From contig CBDFJF010000001.1 of NCBI GenBank assembly GCA_965248265.1, positions 928,001 to 992,000 of the forward strand: 64,000 bases of DNA, in the 5' to 3' direction. Every line of letters begins with the position of its first letter. The first letter of the stretch is position 1. The notes under the pieces were generated by a model, which ran no database searches, was not told where the DNA came from, and was given only the letters and a program-made list of their open reading frames with translations. Source of the stretch: Candidatus Latescibacterota bacterium (lineage in GTDB: Bacteria; Latescibacterota; UBA2968; UBA8231). Shown here in pieces: positions 49,774 through 58,958 of this stretch. The position numbers and the translations under genes are program-made.

Positions 49774-49898
49774 GCGATTGGTCTCCTCGCCGACTCCTCT
49801 GTAGTGATACTTGCCTTGGTGACCGCCATGTCGTCTTCGTCTGCTCGGCGCTGGAGCTCACCTGATTCGTGCAGCTGCAGATAGCCTGGATCCGTCAC
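49770..49898 (-). pseudogene. Short ORF whose N-terminus resembles a PflX-type radical SAM protein
   Basis: MTDPGYLQLHESGELQRRA, then unrelated sequence with no CxxxCxxC. Confidence 0.4.
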
Positions 49899-50143
49899 GA
49901 CTCGCCTCGGATGAATTGCCGAATCAGGCGCTCGAAGCGCGCACCGTAGATGGTGTCGTAGAGGTCCATTTGATCAGGAATGATCCAACCCACCTGAAAC
50001 CGCACAGATGCCGCCAGTTCACAGGCCGCGTCTTCATCGACCAGCCCATTCTGGATGCGGTCGCAGACGTCGTCAACGATATCGCGAATCATCGCCAGTT
50101 GTTGGGATTCATGAGTGTGTTTGAGGTGCGATATCGAAGGCAC
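49895..50143 (-). CDS. Small hypothetical protein
   Basis: RBS AAGGAG and motif PDQMDLYDTIYGARFERLIRQF. Confidence 0.65.
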   Translation of the reverse strand: MPSISHLKHTHESQQLAMIRDIVDDVCDRIQNGLVDEDAACELAASVRFQVGWIIPDQMDLYDTIYGARFERLIRQFIRGES

Positions 50144-50472
50144 TGCTCCGCTCCTTCTGACCTGCGGTTATGGCATCGGCAGGTCCCAGCGACTTCAGAG
50201 AAATCCGCACTTGCTTCGAGCTGGCTTCTGGTGGTGGCCTTCAGTATGCTGCCATCATCGGATCGACGCTCGACGGATTCTGAGCTCCAATGGAATGTAC
50301 GACATGGTGAGGTCCACTGCTGTGAAACAACGGACGAAGCCAGATTCTTGGTGTTGGACCGCATTGCTGGCGTTCATTGGTCTGTTGTCATTACCTATCG
50401 GGAAGATCGTTGCAAGGAGCTTCGCGGGGAATCCCTAATCGACAGTGCCAGCAGCTAACAGAGGAAGATACC

Positions 50473-51675
50473 ATGTTCAGGAAGGGGAGTTCGGGAGATA
50501 TCTTCATTCACCCCTGGGATATTACGGACGAAGGCATCGATGCGTGCTTCGACTATCTGGGCGATACGTGCGGCCTCAACCAGATATCAGTCGCCGCGGT
50601 TTATCACTCGGGTACCTTCGTCCTGCCGCACAACCCCAAGCATCTCGTGCGCTGGGACGACGGATCCGCCTTCTTCACGCCCCAGCATTCTCGCTGGAGG
50701 GAGACCCGGTTGCGCCCGATCCTGGGCGACTGTGTGGATACGTCCGGATACATGACCCGTATCGTCGACAACGCCCGCAGGCGCGATTGGGATGTTCTCT
50801 TCTTCACGGTCTTCCACTTCAGCCACAGCGTTGCCCAGCGCTATCCGGATGCCTGTTGTGTGGACGCGATGGGGGAACGCAACCGCGGCGACTTGTGTCC
50901 AGGCAATCCAGACGTGCGCGCGTACGATCTGGCCATCGTCGAGGACCTGATGGCCACGTACGAAGGAGACGGCATACGTCACGAGTCCCTGGGATTCTCT
51001 GGCTGGGGCGGCCACTTCGTGCGCAACAAGGTGGGCCTGATGCCCTCCCCCCGGGACCGGTACCTGCTGGGGCTGTGCTTTTGTGGTCACTGCATGGAAC
51101 GGGCTCGCAAAGCAGGGTGTGACGCCGTCGCGCTGCGGCGGGTGATCTGCGAGCACCTCTATGAGAGCGTGCCGAAGAATCCGGACGAATGGGACGTCGG
51201 CCCGCCGGACGAGGAGTGGGCGCGCGCCGCTTTCAGTGGGCAGCTGTGGGCATACCTTGAGGTGCGCTGCGACACGGTCACCAGCCTCTTCGAAGGGGTG
51301 CAGGAGATCGTCGACCGATACGACGGAGCATTGATGGCGGCGGCAGCGGGCAACGACCGGGAGGACCGCGATGTCCTGGGAGGTCTCGACTACTCCCGAC
51401 TGTATCCCCATCTCAAGCGCGTCACGCTACGGCTCAAGGGAGAAGATCCCGAAGAAATGGAGGCCGGACTGGTCGAGGATGTCGCCGGCGCACCGCCGTG
51501 GGCGGAGCCCGAGCTGATGCACAATCAGCGGAGTTTCAGATCCGGAGAGGAGCTGGTGGACCGCCTGCTGATGGCGCGCAGGGCTGGAGTGCGGCACCAC
51601 AATTTTCACTACTACGGAATGACCCGGCGGTTCCAACTGGAGTGGATCGGCCAAGCGCGAGAGGCCTGGAGCTGA
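50473..51675 (+). CDS. Hypothetical glycoside hydrolase-like TIM-barrel protein
   Basis: AAVYHSG, LCPGNPDVRAY and CFCGHC. Confidence 0.6.
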   Translation: MFRKGSSGDIFIHPWDITDEGIDACFDYLGDTCGLNQISVAAVYHSGTFVLPHNPKHLVRWDDGSAFFTPQHSRWRETRLRPILGDCVDTSGYMTRIVDNARRRDWDVLFFTVFHFSHSVAQRYPDACCVDAMGERNRGDLCPGNPDVRAYDLAIVEDLMATYEGDGIRHESLGFSGWGGHFVRNKVGLMPSPRDRYLLGLCFCGHCMERARKAGCDAVALRRVICEHLYESVPKNPDEWDVGPPDEEWARAAFSGQLWAYLEVRCDTVTSLFEGVQEIVDRYDGALMAAAAGNDREDRDVLGGLDYSRLYPHLKRVTLRLKGEDPEEMEAGLVEDVAGAPPWAEPELMHNQRSFRSGEELVDRLLMARRAGVRHHNFHYYGMTRRFQLEWIGQAREAWS

Positions 51676-51745
51676 GTAGATCGTAACCCTATGCTCACAC
51701 TCACCTTCGGCACATGAACCTGTCTGAAGGAAGGAGCTAGTCGAC

Positions 51746-53209
51746 ATGCGAAATCGACGGACGATCTACCACAACGATGCGCGGCACTACTACCTGTGGC
51801 TGTACGACCCGCCCATGCGAATGAAGGACGCCTGGCGACCCATCGACGACGTAGCGGGCACGGCGGTGGACACGTTCAGCTACTGCGTCGCCCGGGGGGA
51901 CGGACTATTCTATCCGTCGAAGGTAGGGCTGATGTTCGGATCGGCCACGCAGCCGTTCACGAACTCCATCGCTTGGCACGCCTGGCACGCCATGCACAGC
52001 CTGATGGACCGGGGCCTCGATCCGCTGCGGGTTCTTGTTGATCGTGCTCATGACAGGGGGATGGCGTTCTGGGCCGACTTGCGACTCGCTACCTACGGCG
52101 GAATCGATACGAGCCTCGAAGTCGACAACGGCGGCCGGTATTTCGCCGAGAGCGAAGTGCGGGACCACCTGGGAGGCATCGCCCGGGAGTTGGTACTCGA
52201 CTACCCGTCCGATGGGCTTGAACTCGACTTCGCCATTGCCAAGGGCAGCCGACCGTCGTACTTGCAGCCCAGTGACGTGGATAGGTATACACCGATCGTC
52301 ACCCAATGGATCGCCGATCTCGCCGACGCGGTGCGAAGCCGGAACGGCGGCGGCACCATCGGCGTCAGGGTGTTCCCGGTCGAAGAGCTAAACCTGCAGC
52401 AGGGTTTGGACGTGCGCACGTGGCTGGCCGAGGGGATCGTCGATTTCGTCGTGCCAATGATGTACGAGTACAACCGCCTCGACCCGAACATGCCCATGGA
52501 CTGGCTCATCGAGTTGGCGCACGAGCACGACGTTTCGGTTTATGGCATGCTACAGCCCACGGTCCCCGACCAGGAGGTGTCGCTGTCGTCGGACAACCGT
52601 ATCTACCCGACCATCGAGCAGCTTCGGGCGGCGGCGGCGAGCTTCTGGGATCGGGGTGTGGACGGCCTGTACACCTGGTTCATGCGATGGCCGCACAGCG
52701 ACACAGAGAGGTCATTCCTATCCGAGATGGGCAATCCAGACCTGATCGACGAGAAGGACAAGACCTACTTCGTGCTGCGGCGTTCTCAGGAATCGGACAA
52801 CCCCAGCTACGGCGCGCCACTGCCTGTGGTTGTAGCGGAGGCCAACCCGGACGACCTGCATGAAATCCCTTTTTATGTGGCTGATGACATCGCTGCGTCG
52901 GATCGCGTCAGCTCGGCAACGCTGATCATCAAGATCATGAACCTCATCATGGGGGACGCGGTGACCATTCTGCTCAACGGGCACTCGTTGGCAGGCGAGT
53001 CCGTCAAGCGGGACTTTGCCCATAATACGCCCCACGTCGCGCCGCGCGGCATGGACTTGCAGTTCCGCCTGCGTGACGTCTTACCGTTGAAGGGCTGGAA
53101 CACTATACAAATTTCGTTGGACGAGCGGCCGGCGCTCATGGAGGGCGGGATAACCGTCGACCAAGTCGAGCTGCGGGTCCAGTACAGTCCGTACCCATCG
53201 GTGAGGTAG
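51746..53209 (+). CDS. Hypothetical GHL10-like TIM-barrel protein
   Basis: IYHNDA, DGLELDF, DVRTWLAEG and GVDGLY. Confidence 0.65.
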   Translation: MRNRRTIYHNDARHYYLWLYDPPMRMKDAWRPIDDVAGTAVDTFSYCVARGDGLFYPSKVGLMFGSATQPFTNSIAWHAWHAMHSLMDRGLDPLRVLVDRAHDRGMAFWADLRLATYGGIDTSLEVDNGGRYFAESEVRDHLGGIARELVLDYPSDGLELDFAIAKGSRPSYLQPSDVDRYTPIVTQWIADLADAVRSRNGGGTIGVRVFPVEELNLQQGLDVRTWLAEGIVDFVVPMMYEYNRLDPNMPMDWLIELAHEHDVSVYGMLQPTVPDQEVSLSSDNRIYPTIEQLRAAAASFWDRGVDGLYTWFMRWPHSDTERSFLSEMGNPDLIDEKDKTYFVLRRSQESDNPSYGAPLPVVVAEANPDDLHEIPFYVADDIAASDRVSSATLIIKIMNLIMGDAVTILLNGHSLAGESVKRDFAHNTPHVAPRGMDLQFRLRDVLPLKGWNTIQISLDERPALMEGGITVDQVELRVQYSPYPSVR

Positions 53210-53211
53210 GC

Positions 53212-53982
53212 ATGGACCGGAAGAAGATCCTGATTACCGGCATGAGCGGCCTGATCGGTGGCATCGTGCGTCAGCGACTGCAAGGCAAGCACGACCTGAG
53301 CGCGCTGAACAGGCGGGACGTTGAGGGAGTCGAGTGCCATCGCGCCGACATCGCCGATCTGGACGCGATTCGGCCGGCCTTCGAGGGAGTGGATACGGTC
53401 GTACACCTGGCGGCAATCGCCCGCGCTGAGCCCGACTGGCAGAGCGTTCTCCAGATGAATGTAATCGGCACCTACAACGTCTTTGAAGCTTCGCGCTGCG
53501 CCGGCGTCGAACGGATCATCTACGCCAGCTCTGGCTCCGCCGTTTCCGGATGCGAGCTCGAACAACCCTATAAAGCTCTTGTCGAAGGGGATTACGACAA
53601 TGTGCCGCCTGATTGGAAGCACGTAACGCATCAAACGGTGCCTCGTCCGTCCGGTCTATACGGCTGCAGCAAGGTCTGGGGAGAAGCGCTGGCCAGACAC
53701 TTCGTCGATGAGCACGATCTGTCGATCCTCTGCCTGCGCATAGGCGCTGTGAATGAGGACGATCGACCGCAGATCGCGCGTCACTTTGCCCTGTGGTGCA
53801 GTCACGCGGATATCGCCTCGATGGTCGAGCTCTGCGTGGAGGCGCCCGCCAGTCTCCGCTTCGACATTTTCTATGCCCTCTCGAACAACCGGTGGAGCTA
53901 TCGCGATCTGCAGCACGCCCGGACGATGTTGGGGTTCGTGCCCAAGAAGGCGGCCGAGGACTATCGTTCGCAGTCCTCCTGA
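53212..53982 (+). CDS. NAD-dependent epimerase/dehydratase (uronate dehydrogenase-like)
   Basis: ITGMSGLIG, YASS, YGCSK and CLRIG. Confidence 0.85.
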   Translation: MDRKKILITGMSGLIGGIVRQRLQGKHDLSALNRRDVEGVECHRADIADLDAIRPAFEGVDTVVHLAAIARAEPDWQSVLQMNVIGTYNVFEASRCAGVERIIYASSGSAVSGCELEQPYKALVEGDYDNVPPDWKHVTHQTVPRPSGLYGCSKVWGEALARHFVDEHDLSILCLRIGAVNEDDRPQIARHFALWCSHADIASMVELCVEAPASLRFDIFYALSNNRWSYRDLQHARTMLGFVPKKAAEDYRSQSS

Positions 53983-54002
53983 TCGACTCGAGTGCTTGCG
54001 CT

Positions 54003-55610
54003 ATGCCACTCTCCTCTCGGACAAACCGGCGCGTTGCGGCGAGGCTATCGATTTGCGCTTTCCTTCCTGCGTTTGTGTCCGGTGCGTCCCTTGGACAGCC
54101 GGAGATATCCGTCTCTGGCACTGTCGTAAATCAACGGGGTGAGCCGGTTTCGGACGTCACACTGCGGTGGACACATTCTAGCCACGATGTCGCCGAGACG
54201 ACCACTAACGCAACCGGAGCCTATGTGGTCTCCCTGGCAACGCCAACGGTGATCGAAGCTGGCGCTCGGATTGTCCCGAGTAGGACAGAGCTGTTGCAGA
54301 ACTATCCGAATCCTTTCAATCCTGGGACGACGATTCCTCTCCGGGTCTCCGATCGAGCTGGCCTGGTGTCACTCGACATATACAATGCGCTTGGACAGAA
54401 GGTTCGCCGTCTGCTCTGGGAATCTCTGTCTGGTGGTCAGTATGAGATCCGCTGGAATGGTATGACCGACGCTGGATTCCCTGCCGCAGCCGGAGTCTAC
54501 TTGTTGGTGTTGACAAGTGATAGCGCCGTCGAAGTTCGCAAAATGCTTCGGCTCGACGGCGGTGGAGTGATGTCTGCCGACGCTGTCGGCGTCACGCCAG
54601 CATCGATAGATCACGCCGGCAAGCCATCTGCTGCCTTGGCGCATGGCGAAGGAACCGAGTACACGGTGGCGTTGTCGGCGCATCACATCCTCGACCGAAT
54701 AGAAACCCTGATCGTCGGTGGTGAGCCCGGGATCATCGATTTTGTCGTGGATGAACGCTTCGTGTGGACGACGAAAGCGCCGATGCCAATCGCTCGCCAG
54801 GAGATAACCGCAGCGACCCACGATGACCTGATCTATATCTTCGGAGGACTGGACGACGAATCTACATCACTCGATCTCGTCGACGTGTATAACCCCGCAA
54901 CGGACACTTGGGTCGGTAAGAGTCCGATGCCGTTGACGCTCAACCATCTCGCCGCTGTGACGGTCGGCGATCACATCTACGTCCTCGGAGGATACATCTC
55001 CTCCTCACGAGAGATCTCAAACCAGACCTGGCAGTACGATCCAACGGATGATACCTGGGCTAGAAAGACAGACATGCCCGCCCCTCGAGGCGCGCACGGA
55101 GCTGCAGTGATAGATGGCCTTGCGTACGTCGTGGGTGGGATCAGCCCCGATGGCAGTGAGGACCTCGTGATGATATACGACCCACGTCAGGACATCTGGA
55201 TGAGGGGCGCCTCGATGCCAGTTCTTTCAGAGCATCTCGCCGTGGGGGCAGCGGACGGGAAGGTCTTCGCGATATCGGGGCGATTTTCCGGTAGCCGTGA
55301 CGAAGTACAGGCGTATGACGTTGCCACTGACTCCTGGGAGCTGCGCAGTCGGATCCCTACACCGCGCAGTGGTATCGCTGCATTGTCCTGGTCGGGGCAG
55401 ATTTATGTCTTCGGAGGCGAACTTCCGGGCGTGTTCGCTGAGAACGAAGTCTACGATCCGGTGGCCGATCACTGGGGTAGTGGACCACCCATGCCGACTG
55501 CCCGGCACGGGCTCGCAGGCGGCCTCGTGGACGGGAAATTCTATATCATCGGCGGCGGGACCGTGGCCGGGTTACGGGCGACGGATGTGGTCGAAGAATA
55601 CGTCCCATGA
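54003..55610 (+). CDS. Exported protein with a FlgD/T9SS-like Ig domain and a Kelch beta-propeller
   Basis: LLQNYPNPFNP...DIYNALGQKVR...AGVY, then six Kelch repeats (IYxxGG...YDP..W). Confidence 0.85.
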   Translation: MPLSSRTNRRVAARLSICAFLPAFVSGASLGQPEISVSGTVVNQRGEPVSDVTLRWTHSSHDVAETTTNATGAYVVSLATPTVIEAGARIVPSRTELLQNYPNPFNPGTTIPLRVSDRAGLVSLDIYNALGQKVRRLLWESLSGGQYEIRWNGMTDAGFPAAAGVYLLVLTSDSAVEVRKMLRLDGGGVMSADAVGVTPASIDHAGKPSAALAHGEGTEYTVALSAHHILDRIETLIVGGEPGIIDFVVDERFVWTTKAPMPIARQEITAATHDDLIYIFGGLDDESTSLDLVDVYNPATDTWVGKSPMPLTLNHLAAVTVGDHIYVLGGYISSSREISNQTWQYDPTDDTWARKTDMPAPRGAHGAAVIDGLAYVVGGISPDGSEDLVMIYDPRQDIWMRGASMPVLSEHLAVGAADGKVFAISGRFSGSRDEVQAYDVATDSWELRSRIPTPRSGIAALSWSGQIYVFGGELPGVFAENEVYDPVADHWGSGPPMPTARHGLAGGLVDGKFYIIGGGTVAGLRATDVVEEYVP

Positions 55611-56311
55611 AGCAACCCCGTTTTCGAGGTGGCAGATTCAACCAGCCGGACCTGCGTAACGACCCACGGATAATGAGTCTGACCAGCTTTCAACGTGGCC
55701 AGCCCATTCTCTACCGAGAGGTCGACGCGCGCCGCAAGATCATTACCGATGTGAAGCCTGTCACCGTGGTCGAGGATTCAGATACCCAGGTTGTGCTTTG
55801 GTTGCCACTGGATACACCGTCGAAGAAACCTGTGCTCCATAGTCGCATTCCAGGGAAATCACGTCGGTGGACTGAAGGGAACTGGTCGCTTCAGGACTCG
55901 GTTTGGCGATGGGCAGAGCTTCTGATCATAATCAAGCCTGATCAGCTACGTGCAACGTGGGTCAAATGGTCAAGAGAGCGCATATTTCAGGGGTGGTACG
56001 TGAACATGCAGAGCAACCTGGTGTGCACGGGGCTTGGATTCGACATCAGGGACCACAGTCTCGACATACTCGTTGAACCAGATCGAGAATGGCGATGGAA
56101 AGACGAGGAAGAACTCGACATATGTGTTGAGGACGGGCGAATAGAACCTACGCACGCCAAAGACATCAGAGCAGAGGGACTACGTGCGGTAGCGGAGATC
56201 GAGAGCAACGAAGGTCCATTCTCGGAGGGCTGGGAGGACTGGTATCCCGACCCGACGTTTCCGCGTCCAGAGCTGACCTCCGACTGGAATGACCTGTCAA
56301 TGTACTCCTGA
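55607..56311 (+). CDS. DUF402 domain protein
   Basis: FQGWYVN, DHSLDILV and WKDEEEL. Confidence 0.8.
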   Translation: MKQPRFRGGRFNQPDLRNDPRIMSLTSFQRGQPILYREVDARRKIITDVKPVTVVEDSDTQVVLWLPLDTPSKKPVLHSRIPGKSRRWTEGNWSLQDSVWRWAELLIIIKPDQLRATWVKWSRERIFQGWYVNMQSNLVCTGLGFDIRDHSLDILVEPDREWRWKDEEELDICVEDGRIEPTHAKDIRAEGLRAVAEIESNEGPFSEGWEDWYPDPTFPRPELTSDWNDLSMYS

Positions 56312-56552
56312 GAGATCTGTACCTAACTGTAGCCGAAATGCAAGACCGCCATTTGCTGACTTGTCCGTCGGAATGAGATCCCCGACTTCAAGGGAGACGG
56401 TTGGATGACCACAGATTACTTGGATTTTCTCCAGAAAGAGTGGGGTTATACCGGAGGAGAATCGTGATTCCGCCACCGACCGTCGCGTCCTATGTATGAT
56501 GGTCGAGTATCCGTGCGGAGAGTGTGCACGTATCGGTAAAGGCTTCGCGTAA

Positions 56553-57623
56553 ATGAATCGCAATCATAGGAAGAGAAGGGCACTCACACGGCGTGTCGGC
56601 GCACTGTGCTGTGTGCTCTTCTCAATCCCAGCTTCCCGAGCGGCTGAATCAACCCAGTTGGGCATCTGCTGGGTCGCGGCAACCGAACCCGTGGGGTTGG
56701 AAGACTTCGAGCCACTGCTACGCAATCGAATCAATTGGATCTCCCAGACCACATTTGGCTGGCATCGCGATGCTCGTTCCCCCAAGATTCAACTGCGGCC
56801 GGATGCAGACTGGTGGGGTGAAAGTGACGCTGGAATAATTCAAACCGCAGCATTAGCTCGACAAGCTGGGATCAAAACATTGCTGAAACCCCACATCTGG
56901 GGGCGCCACTGGAGCGGTGATATTGCGATGCGCAGCGAGTCCGCGTGGAGTGAGTGGTTTGAAAACTACCGGAAGTTTGCTCTGCACTACGCCAATCTGG
57001 CCGAGAATGCGGGCATTGAGGCCTTTTGTATTGGAACGGAATTGCAGGGCACTACAATGCGCGAGAATGATTGGCGAGCCATTATCGCCGACGTTCGCAA
57101 GGTATACAAGGGACCGTTGATGTACGCGGCGAATTGGAGTGGAGAATTTGAGCAGGTCCGGTTTTGGGATGCGCTAGACTTCATTGGAATCCAGGCGTAT
57201 TTTCCGGTCGCTGAGCGCGAGAATCCGACCGTTCCGGAAATGCTGCTAAAATGGGAGGAGCACATAGCCCGCATAGAGGCTGTTCACAAAGCATACAAGA
57301 AGCCCGTCGTGATCACGGAAGTGGGTTATCGAAGTGAATCGAATACGGCAATCCGCCCTTGGGAATGGGAACCGCCTCAGCCGGGTGAGCAGTCTGATAC
57401 TGAAGGCTTCACTCAAGAAGGCCTTGAGACACAGGCTGATTGCTACCAGGCATTTTTCAAAGCCTTGTCGGGAAACGCCTGGCTTGCGGGAACGTACATA
57501 TGGAAGTGGCATCCTCCGCCCAACGAAAGGGCCATGCGATCCCCGGGTCCTTTTACTCCACAGGGCAGGCCTGCAGAGGCAGTCCTGAGAAATTGGTATC
57601 ATCGGATGGCGATATCAGACTGA
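56553..57623 (+). CDS. Glycoside hydrolase family 113-like protein
   Basis: LLKPHI, IGTEL, YAANW, DFIGIQAYFP and TEVGY. Confidence 0.85.
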   Translation: MNRNHRKRRALTRRVGALCCVLFSIPASRAAESTQLGICWVAATEPVGLEDFEPLLRNRINWISQTTFGWHRDARSPKIQLRPDADWWGESDAGIIQTAALARQAGIKTLLKPHIWGRHWSGDIAMRSESAWSEWFENYRKFALHYANLAENAGIEAFCIGTELQGTTMRENDWRAIIADVRKVYKGPLMYAANWSGEFEQVRFWDALDFIGIQAYFPVAERENPTVPEMLLKWEEHIARIEAVHKAYKKPVVITEVGYRSESNTAIRPWEWEPPQPGEQSDTEGFTQEGLETQADCYQAFFKALSGNAWLAGTYIWKWHPPPNERAMRSPGPFTPQGRPAEAVLRNWYHRMAISD

Positions 57624-57706
57624 TTCCTTTTGCTCAACGCAGTTTACCCCCTAAGCCGTCTTGAAGGCTTTTGGCCGTTGGTAGCGGTCACTCGACAGGA
57701 GTACAT

Positions 57707-58546
57707 GTGCGAATCGGACTGATATCAGACACTCATTGTCCGCAGCGATGTCCACACTACCCCGCCACGCTTGGTCAGGTATTTCGTGCAGTCGACCTGA
57801 TCCTGCATGCGGGAGATGTGGGTGAGCTCTGGGTGTTGGAGGCACTCGGCAACATCGCACCTGTTGTTGCTGTCCACGGAAACGATGAGACTGATGAAGC
57901 TCAGCGCCAGTTGCCCTTTGAGCAGATCGTATCAGTCGAGGGGAGGCGGTTACTCCTATCCCACGGCCACGAGACGAGCCAAGAACGGGAGCTCGAGGCA
58001 CGAGCCGGTGACGCCTGGCCCCCGAAGCTGGAGAGGCGCCTGAAACGGGCTAAAGACGCAGATGCGGAGATCTTCATACATGGCCATACCCATATCCCTA
58101 TGTGCTGGACCAAGACTGGACTCACCTTGATCAACCCTGGCGCGATTGCTTCGTGCAACGCAATCTCTCGACAGGTAACCCAGACCGTTGCGATTCTCGA
58201 TATCGCTGGAAATGGGTCACCGCGCGTCCGGCACATCGACCTGTCCAAGCCAGATGCACCGTTTGATCCGCGTTTCGACGTCAAATCCGGCTTCAGGAAT
58301 TCGTTGGCGCGTTTCTCGGAATCGATTGCGGAGCCTGAGATTGAGAATTGCCTGACGCGCGACTGGTTGGATGGCCTCGAGGATTTCGGGGCGTTCAGGG
58401 CATGTTGCCTGCGTCTTTCTCACGAATGTTGGCGTGGCGAGCGACAACAGATCACTGTGCTTGACGTTATTGCTGCTGTCAGGAATGACCCGAAAGTCAC
58501 AAACAGGGACAAGGAAAGGTGTGAAGCCGTGTTCACGGAGATGTGA
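57707..58546 (+). CDS. Metallophosphoesterase (YfcE-like)
   Basis: LISDTH, HAGD, VHGND, HGHTH and INPG. Confidence 0.88.
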   Translation: MRIGLISDTHCPQRCPHYPATLGQVFRAVDLILHAGDVGELWVLEALGNIAPVVAVHGNDETDEAQRQLPFEQIVSVEGRRLLLSHGHETSQERELEARAGDAWPPKLERRLKRAKDADAEIFIHGHTHIPMCWTKTGLTLINPGAIASCNAISRQVTQTVAILDIAGNGSPRVRHIDLSKPDAPFDPRFDVKSGFRNSLARFSESIAEPEIENCLTRDWLDGLEDFGAFRACCLRLSHECWRGERQQITVLDVIAAVRNDPKVTNRDKERCEAVFTEM

Positions 58547-58560
58547 TTACCGCCCCATCC

Positions 58561-58589
58561 TTGACAACGTGCCTGACGCATCGGATATT
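58561..58589 (+). promoter_or_regulatory. sigma70 promoter of the leader-tRNA unit
   Basis: TTGACA, 17 bp spacer, GATATT. The predicted start site is at or near the leader ATG at 58597. Confidence 0.7.
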
Positions 58590-58596
58590 GCGTGGC

Positions 58597-58680
58597 ATGA
58601 GAAATAGCCGCCTTCAGCGTCAGCAACAACAGCAACAGCGAATCCAGAGTTCGTTGGGGCAGCGGCCATCTATGTATTAG
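58597..58680 (+). CDS. Gln-rich attenuator leader peptide MRNSRLQRQQQQQQRIQSSLGQRPSMY
   Basis: 27 codons, 9 of them Gln, with six in a row (CAG CAA CAA CAG CAA CAG) at 58621-58638. It overlaps the alternative hairpins. Confidence 0.8.
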   Translation: MRNSRLQRQQQQQQRIQSSLGQRPSMY

Positions 58681-58702
58681 CACGACTGCAAATACTGAGA
58701 TT

Positions 58703-58743
58703 AAAAGCCCCAGCGGACCTTGAGTTCGTTGGGGCTTTTTTTT
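58703..58743 (+). terminator. Intrinsic terminator (attenuator)
   Basis: Stem GCCCCAGCGGAC/GTTCGTTGGGGC followed by T8, 5 nt before the first tRNA. Confidence 0.88.
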
Positions 58744-58748
58744 GTTCT

Positions 58749-58820
58749 TGCGGCGTCGTCTAACTGGCAGGATGGCAGGTCCTGACCCTGCAGATCGAGG
58801 TTCGAATCCTCGCGCCGCAG
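58749..58820 (+). tRNA. tRNA-Gln(CUG) with C33, CCA not encoded
   Basis: Acceptor stem TGCGGCG/CGCCGCA, anticodon stem GCAGG/CCTGC, loop TC-CTG-AC and T-loop TTCGAAT. Confidence 0.88.
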
Positions 58821-58831
58821 CCGAATATCGC

Positions 58832-58906
58832 TGGGGTGTCGTCTAACTGGCAGGACACCGGGCCTTGGACTCGGGAATCGGGGTTCGAACCCTCGCACCC
58901 CAGCCA
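58832..58906 (+). tRNA. tRNA-Gln(UUG) with C33, CCA encoded
   Basis: Acceptor stem TGGGGTG/CACCCCA, anticodon stem CCGGG/CTCGG, loop CC-TTG-GA and T-loop TTCGAAC. Confidence 0.9.
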
Positions 58907-58958
58907 AATCCGAACTGAAGACACGGTACTGGAGTAATCGGTGCTTACGGAGACTGCG

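Noticed and set aside
58420-58683. Minus-strand ORF with a poly-Leu run
   Set aside because: It is the reverse complement of the Gln-codon run. The promoter, terminator and tRNAs all point to the plus strand.
58775-58874. Alternative anticodon registers (Arg CCT or Pro TGG) that would restore U33
   Set aside because: They break the 5-bp anticodon stems and 7-nt loops. U1-A72, G73 and the Gln leader support Gln identity.
58701-58907. 68-aa minus-strand ORF MAGVRGFEPR...
   Set aside because: It is the antisense shadow of the two tRNA genes.
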